Source: an uncultured Desulfobacterales bacterium
GTDB taxonomy: Bacteria; Desulfobacterota; Desulfobacteria; Desulfobacterales; Desulfobacteraceae
Reading direction: 5' to 3'
NCBI GenBank assembly: GCA_964565415.1
Contig: CAZMEX010000005.1
Location: 21,442 to 85,441 of the forward strand
DNA: 64,000 nucleotides
Position numbers and translations under genes: made by a program. The notes beneath the pieces were generated by a model. That model saw only the letters and a program-made list of their open reading frames with translations. It was not told where the DNA came from and did no database searches. Below are positions 1 to 8,461 of this stretch, piece after piece; the first letter of the stretch is position 1; every line of letters starts with the position of its first letter.

Positions 1-104
1 TATAGTAAAGAGCTGACCCCTGTTTATTGTCGTTGTCAATACATACTATTTAATGATATATTCTATAAAATTCAAAAAATGGTTAATCAAGGGTAAAAAA
101 AATT

Positions 105-503
105 ATGGAAACTACAATCAGAATTCGAGGCTATCATACAGATTTATATAAACATGTTAACAATGCAAGGTATCTTGAATTCCTCGAAGAGGCACGATGG
201 CAGATAGTTGAAGAATATATGGAAATTACTGATTTTCTCCAGAACAAACTCAGCTTTTTTGTTGTAAATATAAACATTTCATACCGAAGCCCTGCCAGGG
301 TAAATGATATTATTGTAATAAAAACAGGCTTGCATAAAATTGGTCATAAAAGTGCTGTCTTTAAGCAGGAAATTATTAATAAAGCCACCGGGACAATATG
401 TATTCAGGCTGACATCACCTTTGTTGTTGCTGATGAAACCGGAAAAGCCATTGCTCTAGAAGGTAAAATCAGAGAAGCAATTAATAACCTTCCAGGTATT
501 TAA
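105..503 (+). CDS. 4HBT/YbgC-type hotdog-fold acyl-CoA thioesterase
   Basis: 132-aa ORF. N-terminal YHTDLYKHVNNARYLEFLEEARW pattern is typical of YbgC/4HBT thioesterases. Confidence 0.75.
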   Translation: METTIRIRGYHTDLYKHVNNARYLEFLEEARWQIVEEYMEITDFLQNKLSFFVVNINISYRSPARVNDIIVIKTGLHKIGHKSAVFKQEIINKATGTICIQADITFVVADETGKAIALEGKIREAINNLPGI

Positions 504-532
504 AAAAATCAATTATGGAATAAGAGAAAACT

Positions 533-2137
533 ATGATCACAATTCTTGATTATGGAGCAGGAAACGTTAGAAGTGTTATTAACGCTGTCCAATCCCTTGG
601 GAAAAGAGTAAATATTGTAAAAAATCCTTCAGATATTGTTAATGCAGAGAAGCTGATATTTCCAGGAGTAGGACATTTTGGAAATATGATAAGAACCATT
701 AATGAAAAAGGTTATTTTGAGCCCCTTAAGAGTTATCTTAATGAAAACCGACCATTTCTTGGTATTTGCCTTGGCTTTCATGCCCTTTTTGAAACAAGTG
801 AAGAGTTTGCAGCGCACAAAGGACTTGGTATTCTTCCAGGGCATGTTAAACTCTTTGATATTAAGCTTGCAGTACCACACATAGGATGGAACAGTGTTAA
901 TATAAGAAAAGAGTTGCCTCTTTTTAACAATATTTCTAAAGACAGCCGATTTTACTTTGTACACTCTTTCCATGTAGTACCTGATAACAAATCTGATATC
1001 TTGACAACTACACCCTATGAGTATGAATTTGTGAGTGGAGTTAATAGAGGGAATGTCACAGGCATCCAATTCCATCCAGAAAAAAGCGGAAAACCTGGTT
1101 TACAATTGTTAAATAACTTTGTTTCTGGAAAGGATCAAAAGATTAAAAAAAACTCTGGCTCAAATAATCCAGGCAGCAGCCTTCCTGCCAACATTGGACT
1201 TGCAAAAAGAATAGTTGCCTGCCTTGATGTAAGGACAAACAATGATGGAGATCTTGTGGTTACAAAGGGTGATCAGTATGATGTCAGGGAGAAAGGTGAT
1301 GTCAGAAATCTTGGGAAACCCGTGGAGTTGGCAAGGGACTATTATGAGCAGGGTGCCGATGAAATTACTTTTCTTAACATAACAGGTTTTAGAGATTTTC
1401 CTTTAAAAGATATGCCCATGATAGATGTTTTGAAAAAAACTTCTAAAAATGTCTTTGTACCCCTGACAATTGGAGGGGGAATAAGAGATTATACTGACAA
1501 TAATAATAAAACATATAAAGCCATTGAAGTTGCAGAAGCCTATTTCAGAGCAGGAGCAGACAAAATTTCCATTGGAAGTGATGCTGTTTATGCTGCTGAA
1601 AAATATTTAAAAACCAATGAAAAAACCGGTGAAAGCTCCATTGAAGAAATCTCCAGCATATTTGGAAGTCAGGCAGTTGTTATCTCCATTGATCCTGTAA
1701 AGGTTTGGGTTAAATCCAAAGACACCCCTTTACCACATACCATTATTGCCCCACATGAACCTGGTCCTTCAGGAGAAAAATACTGCTGGTATCAATGCAC
1801 TGTAAAAGGCGGACGTGAACACCGCAATATTGATGTTGTAGCCTTTGCAAAAGCGTGCGAGAGCCTTGGTGCAGGGGAGCTTCTTATAAATTCCATTGAC
1901 AGGGACGGTACGAATTCAGGATTTGACCTTGATCTTATTAATTTAATAAAAAATGCTGTTTCAATCCCGGTTATTGCATCAAGTGGAGCTGGCAGTGAAG
2001 CACATTTTTATGAAGTTTTCACAGAAACAGAGAGTGAAGCTGCTCTGGCAGCAGGAATTTTTCATAGAAAGGAGATTCCCATCTCTAAAGTAAAAACCTT
2101 TCTTTCAGATAAACAGCTTAAAATCAGAAATAACTGA
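533..2137 (+). CDS. hisHF: Fused imidazole glycerol phosphate synthase (HisH glutaminase + HisF cyclase, HIS7-type)
   Basis: N-terminal GATase motifs: ILDYGAGNVRSV, LGICLGFHAL (Cys nucleophile), IQFHPEKS. C-terminal HisF barrel motifs: RIVACLDVR, ADEITFLNIT, PLTIGGGIR, GADKISIGSDAV, IDRDGTNSGFDL, VIASSGAG. All in a single 534-aa ORF. Confidence 0.9.
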   Translation: MITILDYGAGNVRSVINAVQSLGKRVNIVKNPSDIVNAEKLIFPGVGHFGNMIRTINEKGYFEPLKSYLNENRPFLGICLGFHALFETSEEFAAHKGLGILPGHVKLFDIKLAVPHIGWNSVNIRKELPLFNNISKDSRFYFVHSFHVVPDNKSDILTTTPYEYEFVSGVNRGNVTGIQFHPEKSGKPGLQLLNNFVSGKDQKIKKNSGSNNPGSSLPANIGLAKRIVACLDVRTNNDGDLVVTKGDQYDVREKGDVRNLGKPVELARDYYEQGADEITFLNITGFRDFPLKDMPMIDVLKKTSKNVFVPLTIGGGIRDYTDNNNKTYKAIEVAEAYFRAGADKISIGSDAVYAAEKYLKTNEKTGESSIEEISSIFGSQAVVISIDPVKVWVKSKDTPLPHTIIAPHEPGPSGEKYCWYQCTVKGGREHRNIDVVAFAKACESLGAGELLINSIDRDGTNSGFDLDLINLIKNAVSIPVIASSGAGSEAHFYEVFTETESEAALAAGIFHRKEIPISKVKTFLSDKQLKIRNN

Positions 2138-2154
2138 CTACAGGATTTTAACCT

Positions 2155-3054
2155 ATGAAAACCATAACTCTCAAGGAACCTGGACAAACAATAGAACTTG
2201 ACAAAGGTCCCTTTATGCCGGCTGTTCTGGCAAAAGGACTTATGCTTTCACTAATACGTCCCTCCATTGACCATAAAAAAGAGATTGTTTTTGACAAGTT
2301 TTCCTCCTCCATTGACAATATCCAGCCTGATTTAAAAAAAATTAATCAATTTAAGAAAATTTGCGGATATCCGCAGGACAATAACACTGTTCCCATGCTT
2401 TATCTGCAATCTCTTTTTATTGGACTTTTTGGAAACTATATAACATCACCTTTTTTCCCTCTTCTTCCCCTGGGATTAATTCACACAAAACAATCAATTT
2501 CCCAAAAAAGACCCATTGAACAGACAGAAATTTTAAAAACCAAATTTACTCTTAATACAGTTAATAATGACCCAAAAGGGCTTGAAATTACCTTTTTGCT
2601 TGAAGTTATAAGCGAAGAAGATGTCGTCTGGGAAGGCATTACAACCACTCTTTGCAAAAGCAGGAGATATGAGAAAAAGGGCAAACCTGTTAAAGCTATA
2701 ACACCCATTGATCCTTTTACCACCATTGATGTCCCAAAAAATATTGGCAGACTCTATGCTAAAGTCTCAGGAGACTTTAACCCACACCACCTCTCAACCT
2801 TTTTAGCCAGACTTTTTGGTTTTAAACATGCCATTGCCCATGGTATGTGGAGTTTGGCAAGGTGTGTTGCGGCAATGGAGGATCAATATCCAGATAAAAA
2901 TCTTTTTTCCCTTGATGTCTCATTTAAACGTCCCTTGTTTTTACCGGGAACAGTTGCCCTCGGTGCAACACAGGAGAATGAAAATATCATTTTTGAACTT
3001 AGGGATAATGTAACAAACATACCACATATTACAGGCACCATCGGAACTTGCTAG
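2155..3054 (+). CDS. MaoC-like dehydratase (double hotdog) family protein
   Basis: C-terminal YAKVSGDFNPHHLS...AHGMW matches the MaoC/(R)-hydratase motif. 299 aa. Confidence 0.7.
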   Translation: MKTITLKEPGQTIELDKGPFMPAVLAKGLMLSLIRPSIDHKKEIVFDKFSSSIDNIQPDLKKINQFKKICGYPQDNNTVPMLYLQSLFIGLFGNYITSPFFPLLPLGLIHTKQSISQKRPIEQTEILKTKFTLNTVNNDPKGLEITFLLEVISEEDVVWEGITTTLCKSRRYEKKGKPVKAITPIDPFTTIDVPKNIGRLYAKVSGDFNPHHLSTFLARLFGFKHAIAHGMWSLARCVAAMEDQYPDKNLFSLDVSFKRPLFLPGTVALGATQENENIIFELRDNVTNIPHITGTIGTC

Positions 3055-3069
3055 GAGAATATTGCCATT

Positions 3070-4224
3070 ATGAAATTTGATTTTGATCAGATAATTGACC
3101 GAACCAGTAGCTGTTCTTTAAAATGGGAAAAGTATAAAGGTAAAGATATTCTTCCCATGTGGGTGGCAGACATGGATTTTAAATGCCCCCCTGCAATTAT
3201 GGAAGAACTCCACAAACAGATTGATCATGCAATTTTTGGTTATTCAGTCATTCCTGACCAGCTTTATGAAATAACCATTAAAAATTTAAAGAGATTGTAT
3301 GGATGGGAAGTCAAAAAAGAGTGGATTGTGTGGTTCCCCGGCATTGTAAGTGGAATAAATGCATGCTGTCATGCCTTTGGCGCATTGGGAAGCAGCTCTT
3401 CAAAAATCGCTACAACCACACCAGCCTATCCACCATTTCTATCAGCACCTGATAACTCAGGCAATGAACTTGTAACCACTCCTTTAATTGAAAAAAACTC
3501 AAGAATGACCTTTGACTTTCCTGCCCTTGAACAACTCTTTTCAAAAAACAACATCTCTCTGTTTATTCTCTGCAGCCCCTATAACCCGTGTGGCACTGTT
3601 TTCACCAGAGAGGAACTTTCAACCCTTGCAGATCTATGTTTTAAACATAGTGTAATTATCTGCTCCGATGAAATCCATAGTGATTTTGTTCTGGATATTG
3701 ATAAACAACACATCCCAACAGCCTCTATTTCTGAAAAAGCCGCTCAAAACACGCTGACATTTATGGCACCAAGCAAAACATATAATATCCCAGGCCTTGG
3801 TTGCTCCTTTGCTGTTGTTAAAAACAAAAACTTAATAAAAAAAATTAAAAACGCTGCTGCCGGCATTGTTCCCGACGTGAACACACTCGGCCTTATGGCA
3901 GCTAAAACAGCCTATGAAAAATGTGATGAGTGGCTTTCTCAATTGATTGTGTATCTCAGAGACAACCGTGATCTTCTTGAAAAAGAGATTAACCTGATTC
4001 CCGGTCTAAAACTCAACCACATTGAAGCCACATATCTTGCCTGGATTGATGTCCGTAATGCAAATATAAAAAACCCGGCTCTGTTTTTTGAAGATGCCGG
4101 GGTTGGGCTTTCCTGTTCAAGCTATTTTGGTCAAAAAGGCTTTGTCCGCCTCAATTTTGGATGCCCTAAATCAATGGTTGAACAAGCAATTCATCGAATA
4201 AGCACTGCTATTACCAAAAAATAA
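3070..4224 (+). CDS. PLP-dependent C-S lyase / aminotransferase class I-II, MalY/PatB family
   Basis: Motifs CSPYNPCGTVFTREEL, SDEIHSDF, and APSKTYNIPGLG (PLP lysine context). 384 aa. Confidence 0.8.
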   Translation: MKFDFDQIIDRTSSCSLKWEKYKGKDILPMWVADMDFKCPPAIMEELHKQIDHAIFGYSVIPDQLYEITIKNLKRLYGWEVKKEWIVWFPGIVSGINACCHAFGALGSSSSKIATTTPAYPPFLSAPDNSGNELVTTPLIEKNSRMTFDFPALEQLFSKNNISLFILCSPYNPCGTVFTREELSTLADLCFKHSVIICSDEIHSDFVLDIDKQHIPTASISEKAAQNTLTFMAPSKTYNIPGLGCSFAVVKNKNLIKKIKNAAAGIVPDVNTLGLMAAKTAYEKCDEWLSQLIVYLRDNRDLLEKEINLIPGLKLNHIEATYLAWIDVRNANIKNPALFFEDAGVGLSCSSYFGQKGFVRLNFGCPKSMVEQAIHRISTAITKK

Positions 4225-4251
4225 TATTATTAAACTTATTTTCTAATCCCC

Positions 4252-4280
4252 TTGACTTTCTGTTTTTATTTGGTTAGGAA
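4252..4280 (+). promoter_or_regulatory. Candidate sigma70 promoter for riboswitch 1 (TTGACT-17 nt-TAGGAA)
   Basis: TTGACT at 4252-4257, 17-nt spacer, TAGGAA at 4275-4280. Same CTTGACTTT -35 context as the promoter at 12378. Confidence 0.4.
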
Positions 4281-4287
4281 AGTAATC

Positions 4288-4455
4288 TGATTCAGGTGCT
4301 TTTTTAAGGCACAATAGGGAACCCGGTTTAATTCCGGGACGGACCCGCCGCTGTTATTGGGTACGAAAACCTAAACAATGCCACTGTCAGAACAATCTGA
4401 TGGGAAGGCTTAGGTGAGTAGAATGATCCAAAAGTCAGAAGACCTGCCTGGATTA
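4288..4455 (+). promoter_or_regulatory. Cobalamin (B12) riboswitch 1
   Basis: Conserved core AATAGGGAACCCGGTTTAATTCCGGGACGGACCCGCCGCTGT, then GCCACTG...TGGGAAGGC, then B12-box AGTCAGAAGACCTGCC. P1 pairing TTCAGG/CCTGGA. Confidence 0.9.
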
Positions 4456-4517
4456 TATATAAGTTTTCCTTCTGGATAAAGGAATTCTTAAAAGATCTTG
4501 AGGAAAGAAAAGGGATA

Positions 4518-4557
4518 CCCCTGATCGATATGTTTTATATCGGCCAGGGGTTTTTTT
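4518..4557 (+). terminator. Rho-independent terminator (riboswitch 1 expression platform)
   Basis: Stem CCCCTGATCGATA / TATCGGCCAGGGG followed by TTTTTTT. It lies between the aptamer and the receptor start codon. Confidence 0.75.
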
Positions 4558-4589
4558 ATTGGTTTACTAGAGAATAAGGAAGATACTTT

Positions 4590-6704
4590 ATGGAAAAAAG
4601 ATTTGTTTTAATTTTATTGTCAGTTTTACTGGTTGTTTCTAATGGTTTTGCCTTGGATAATGAGCCAAAACCTTTTGAAATGGATGAGGTGGTTGTCACT
4701 TCCACCAACAAGGCTAAAGCCTTTGATACACCTTCCAGCATTGCTATTATTACAGCAAAAGATCTGGAGGATTCCGGAGCCAAAAATATTATAGAAGTTT
4801 TGGAAAACATTCCGGGTATTATTAATAAAACATATAACAATGAAGGTATTGCCATTCGGGGCACTCAAAGCTCCATGGCAGGTGGACCTGTTATACTTAT
4901 TGATGGTGTACCCCAAAAAATTGGAGACACGCAATATGACTCTTTTGGTTTTATTCCTGTCTCCCAGGTTGAACGCATTGAGGTATTAAAATCCCCGGGG
5001 ATAGTTTATGGACCTGGCTCTGCCAGGGGTGTTATTAATATTATTACTAAAAAAGGAGAAAAAGAAAACTTTAGTGGTAATATCAAACTTTCCTATGGAT
5101 CATGGGACACAATTGACACCAATGCCACCATATCCGGCAATAAACACAAATTTGATTATTTGATTAATGCAGGAATTTTTAAAACAGACGGGTATGAAGA
5201 TGAAGGAGTGAATAAAACCTCCTCTTTAATAAAGTTTGGATATAAGCCAAATGATTATACCCGCATTGGATTGAGGGGCAATTTAATTTTAAATGATGCC
5301 GAAGTTGCCAGGGGTCGTGAAAAAAACCGATGGCACATAAAGCATTTTCGAAGAAAGAAGCAGTTTCCCAGAAGCGCAACAGACCCGCGACTTGTATGGT
5401 ATAATAAAAAAGATCACACCGAATCAGTGCTGGGTCTTGAATTTTCCCACGATAAAGATGCTCTTTTTCTCAACTCCAATGTTTCTTATACAAAATATGA
5501 AGCAAATTATAAAAGTCAGTATTCCATTAACTACAAACCAAAAACCGTATTCCATGAGGATGAAAACCAGAGCACCTATGCTTTTAACTTTTCCGGTGGC
5601 TACAACTTAAGCCTTGACAACTTCATCTATACGCCCTCTTTTGGTGTTAATATGGAACAGATTAATTTTGACCAGCAGAGAAACTATCCCTTTAACCCCA
5701 AAAAGAAAACAGGTAAATATATTTTTGATGTAAATGAGACAATGTATGGTCTATTCTGGGATAACGATTTTTTATTTAAAGAGAAGTATGGTTTAAAAAT
5801 TGGTGCGAGGATTGATCAAGTAAATGTAGAATTTGAAGATAAAGCTGCAACTGAAATTGATCAATCAGAAACTTTTATTGGATGGTCAATTGCCCCCTCT
5901 TACTACTTCACTACAGATGCAAACATCTATTTCCAAATAAGTAAAAACTTCTGGATGCCAACACCTGCATATTATGCCTGGGCAGCATCCCGTGGGAAAA
6001 AAGGCGGTATCACCATAAACACTGCTGACAGCCTCAAGCCCGAAGAATCCCTAACATATGAAATTGGTTATAAACATATGGTTAATAAAAATATACGATT
6101 TATTCTGACAGGTTTCTTCATTGATTATAAGGACAAATTTGCAAGTGTCTACCATAGCAATGCAGCCATGACCTGGGGTGGAATGAAAAATATAGGCTCG
6201 GCTGAAATGAAAGGTATTGAACTTGAAGCCGATGGACGACCATGCAATTTTTTTGGTTATCGACTCTCTGGAACATATCTTGATGCCAAGTGGAAAAGCG
6301 GTCAAATGAAAGTCTATGAAAGACCTGGCAACACAAAAGTACTTTGCGACCTTGATGGGTATCAAATCTATGGAATCCCAAAGTATACAGCCACAGCGGG
6401 TTTTGATTTTTATCCCATGGAAAAATTAAAAATCTCAGCAGATATCAACTATTTTGGTCCCCATTATGCAGATTACACCAACAAGGTAAAATACAGTGCA
6501 AAGACAACCTTTGATACTAAAGTTACCTATACAATCAATAACAGCTGGGAGGTATGGCTGTTGGGAAAAAATATTTTTGATCAAAACATTGAAAGAGTAA
6601 GCAATACAACTGCTCGAATCAATACTGCCACCGGAGCATATGCCAACACCTATTATGTTCAGGATGGAGCATATTTTGAAGCTGGATTGAATTATAGTTT
6701 TTAA
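4590..6704 (+). CDS. TonB-dependent outer-membrane receptor
   Basis: Signal peptide, TonB-box-like DEVVVTS, plug motif IEVLKSPGIVYGPGSARGVINIITKKG, C-terminal LNYSF. 704 aa. Confidence 0.9.
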   Translation: MEKRFVLILLSVLLVVSNGFALDNEPKPFEMDEVVVTSTNKAKAFDTPSSIAIITAKDLEDSGAKNIIEVLENIPGIINKTYNNEGIAIRGTQSSMAGGPVILIDGVPQKIGDTQYDSFGFIPVSQVERIEVLKSPGIVYGPGSARGVINIITKKGEKENFSGNIKLSYGSWDTIDTNATISGNKHKFDYLINAGIFKTDGYEDEGVNKTSSLIKFGYKPNDYTRIGLRGNLILNDAEVARGREKNRWHIKHFRRKKQFPRSATDPRLVWYNKKDHTESVLGLEFSHDKDALFLNSNVSYTKYEANYKSQYSINYKPKTVFHEDENQSTYAFNFSGGYNLSLDNFIYTPSFGVNMEQINFDQQRNYPFNPKKKTGKYIFDVNETMYGLFWDNDFLFKEKYGLKIGARIDQVNVEFEDKAATEIDQSETFIGWSIAPSYYFTTDANIYFQISKNFWMPTPAYYAWAASRGKKGGITINTADSLKPEESLTYEIGYKHMVNKNIRFILTGFFIDYKDKFASVYHSNAAMTWGGMKNIGSAEMKGIELEADGRPCNFFGYRLSGTYLDAKWKSGQMKVYERPGNTKVLCDLDGYQIYGIPKYTATAGFDFYPMEKLKISADINYFGPHYADYTNKVKYSAKTTFDTKVTYTINNSWEVWLLGKNIFDQNIERVSNTTARINTATGAYANTYYVQDGAYFEAGLNYSF

Positions 6705-6715
6705 AGCTGAAAAAG

Positions 6716-7462
6716 ATGCTGAAACAACTTTGGATTACTGGAATTTTTACCGGCTTTTTGATTTTTGGAATCAAGGCAGGGCTTGGCTTAAGCAGCTATT
6801 TATATAATAGGTCTGGGGAAAAAACTCAAAAACTTATTTTTCTGTTTTTCTGTTTTTTTGTATATCTTGCTCTCTTTTTCATGCTTTATTATGTGATTAA
6901 TAGCTTTAGCCTGCTTGATTATCTGGATCAATTTCTAAATTTGTTGAAATATGGCATGCTTATACATATACTTATTGCTGTCGGGCTTTTTTTCTGGGGA
7001 GCAAAGCTTTTATTGCAGACCCAGAAGGGCCCGACAAAATATGCTTCAAAATATGCGCTTATTCTTCTGCTGCCATGTCCTGTATGTGCCACAGTTATCT
7101 TATTGAATCTAACCCTTGCTTTTTCCATTTTTTCATTTTCCCCTGCATTGGTTACTCTGGTTTTGTTTTCCATATTTTCAACCATTATCCTTGTCTCTCT
7201 GGGGCTTGTATTTCCTTTCCGCCATAAAATCCTGTCGGACAACTCCTTTTTAGGAGTATCCATGACTCTTGTTTCTCTCTATTTCCTTTTTACTATTATT
7301 ATTGCTCCAATATACCCTAAAATAAAAGCAAGCTATTTTATGGCTCTTTCAAATAACCCTTTTACCAATATAGATATGTTTCATACAATCCTTCTCCTTG
7401 TAGTTGTCGTGGTGTTAGCCGGATATGGATTTATTAAAATTTATTTTTTGCAAAGGCAGTGA
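6716..7462 (+). CDS. Polytopic membrane protein, DUF2162-like predicted transporter
   Basis: About 7 hydrophobic segments, with an intramembrane LLLPCPVCATVILL motif. The family assignment comes from remembered gene context (DUF2162 / MotA-ExbB / DUF2149 / CobN clusters). Confidence 0.55.
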   Translation: MLKQLWITGIFTGFLIFGIKAGLGLSSYLYNRSGEKTQKLIFLFFCFFVYLALFFMLYYVINSFSLLDYLDQFLNLLKYGMLIHILIAVGLFFWGAKLLLQTQKGPTKYASKYALILLLPCPVCATVILLNLTLAFSIFSFSPALVTLVLFSIFSTIILVSLGLVFPFRHKILSDNSFLGVSMTLVSLYFLFTIIIAPIYPKIKASYFMALSNNPFTNIDMFHTILLLVVVVVLAGYGFIKIYFLQRQ

Positions 7463-7466
7463 ACCA

Positions 7467-8096
7467 ATGAACATTTTTCCAATTTTTCAAACAATACTTT
7501 ATACCATCTCAACAGCTCTTCTTTATCCTGTTGTTCTTTTATTAATTGGACTCAGCATCTGGATTGTCATATATACAGGTGGGTTTATAGCAGAGTTTGT
7601 GCAACGTAAAAAATTTATCTCCACTGAAAACCTTGCAGATTCACTTGAACAAATCAGCAGCAAAATAGATCTTCCCCTATCAATAAGAAACTGCCTCCCT
7701 CGGCATATCATTGAATTTTCTGAAAATCTTAAGGTCATAATCAGTGCAAATAAATCCTTTAAAAATGAAAAAATTGAAAACCTTTTGCAACAGAGTGAAT
7801 CCTTTCTGGAAAAAGAGTTAAACAAAATAAAAATGATTGTGAGAGTCGGACCCAGTATTGGCCTTATGGGAACTTTGATCCCCATGGGTACAGGTCTGGC
7901 AGGATTAACCCAAGGAGATATGACACAACTTTCATCAAGCCTTATCCTTGCGTTTACCACCACAGTAGTGGGTATTGCCCTGGGAGTTACAGCATATTTT
8001 TTTTCCATGGTTAAGCAGACATGGCTTAATTGGGATTATAGGTGTCTTGCACTTATCACAGAAGCCATGACAAAAAACCCAATGACAAAAGAGTAA
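7467..8096 (+). CDS. MotA/TolQ/ExbB-family proton channel protein
   Basis: VGPSIGLMGTLIPMGTGLAGL and LAFTTTVVGIALGV match the ExbB/TolQ C-terminal channel motifs. I chose the ATG at 7467 (MNIFPIF), just after the upstream stop at 7462, instead of the overlapping 7425 start. Confidence 0.8.
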   Translation: MNIFPIFQTILYTISTALLYPVVLLLIGLSIWIVIYTGGFIAEFVQRKKFISTENLADSLEQISSKIDLPLSIRNCLPRHIIEFSENLKVIISANKSFKNEKIENLLQQSESFLEKELNKIKMIVRVGPSIGLMGTLIPMGTGLAGLTQGDMTQLSSSLILAFTTTVVGIALGVTAYFFSMVKQTWLNWDYRCLALITEAMTKNPMTKE

Positions 8097-8101
8097 ACTA
8101 T

Positions 8102-8461
8102 ATGAAATATCTTACAAGACAAAAACAATCCAAGTTGCAAAATGTTGCAATGGAAGATCCCATGAATGGAGTTGCCAATCTTTTTGATGTTGCTCTGGTG
8201 TTTATTGTAGCTCTGCTGCTATCGCTGATGTCTGCCTACCAGATCCTTGATTTTTTCAATCCTGAAAGCGAGATTACAATTATGAAAAAAACCGATGAAC
8301 AGTGGCGGATAATAACAAAAAAGGGCAGAAAGATAAAAGTAAAAAAGGTTACGAACCGCAAAGTTGGTGGGAAAGAAGGGCTTAAGCTTGGCACTGCTTA
8401 TCAGCTTCAAAACGGGCAGGTGATTTATATTCCGGAAGAGGAGATAAATGAGATTGAATAG
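8102..8461 (+). CDS. DUF2149-like, ExbD/TolR-like single-pass membrane protein
   Basis: The ATG at 8102 follows the ExbB-like stop. One N-terminal TM segment, NLFDVALVFIVALLLSLM, has an Asp at the helix start as in ExbD/TolR. About 70 aa of soluble tail. Confidence 0.5.
   Translation: MKYLTRQKQSKLQNVAMEDPMNGVANLFDVALVFIVALLLSLMSAYQILDFFNPESEITIMKKTDEQWRIITKKGRKIKVKKVTNRKVGGKEGLKLGTAYQLQNGQVIYIPEEEINEIE

Noticed and set aside
629-1075. 148-aa minus-strand ORF (and 702-884 plus strand) inside hisHF
   Set aside because: Antisense or out of frame relative to a strongly supported gene. Composition is Lys/Ile/Phe-rich as expected from AT-rich antisense. No family features.
7425-7466. Upstream starts for the ExbB-like gene (7425) and the DUF2149 gene (8042)
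   Set aside because: Both would overlap the preceding genes by 38-55 nt. In-frame ATGs at 7467 and 8102 lie just after the upstream stops and give N-termini that begin directly with the expected TM segments.
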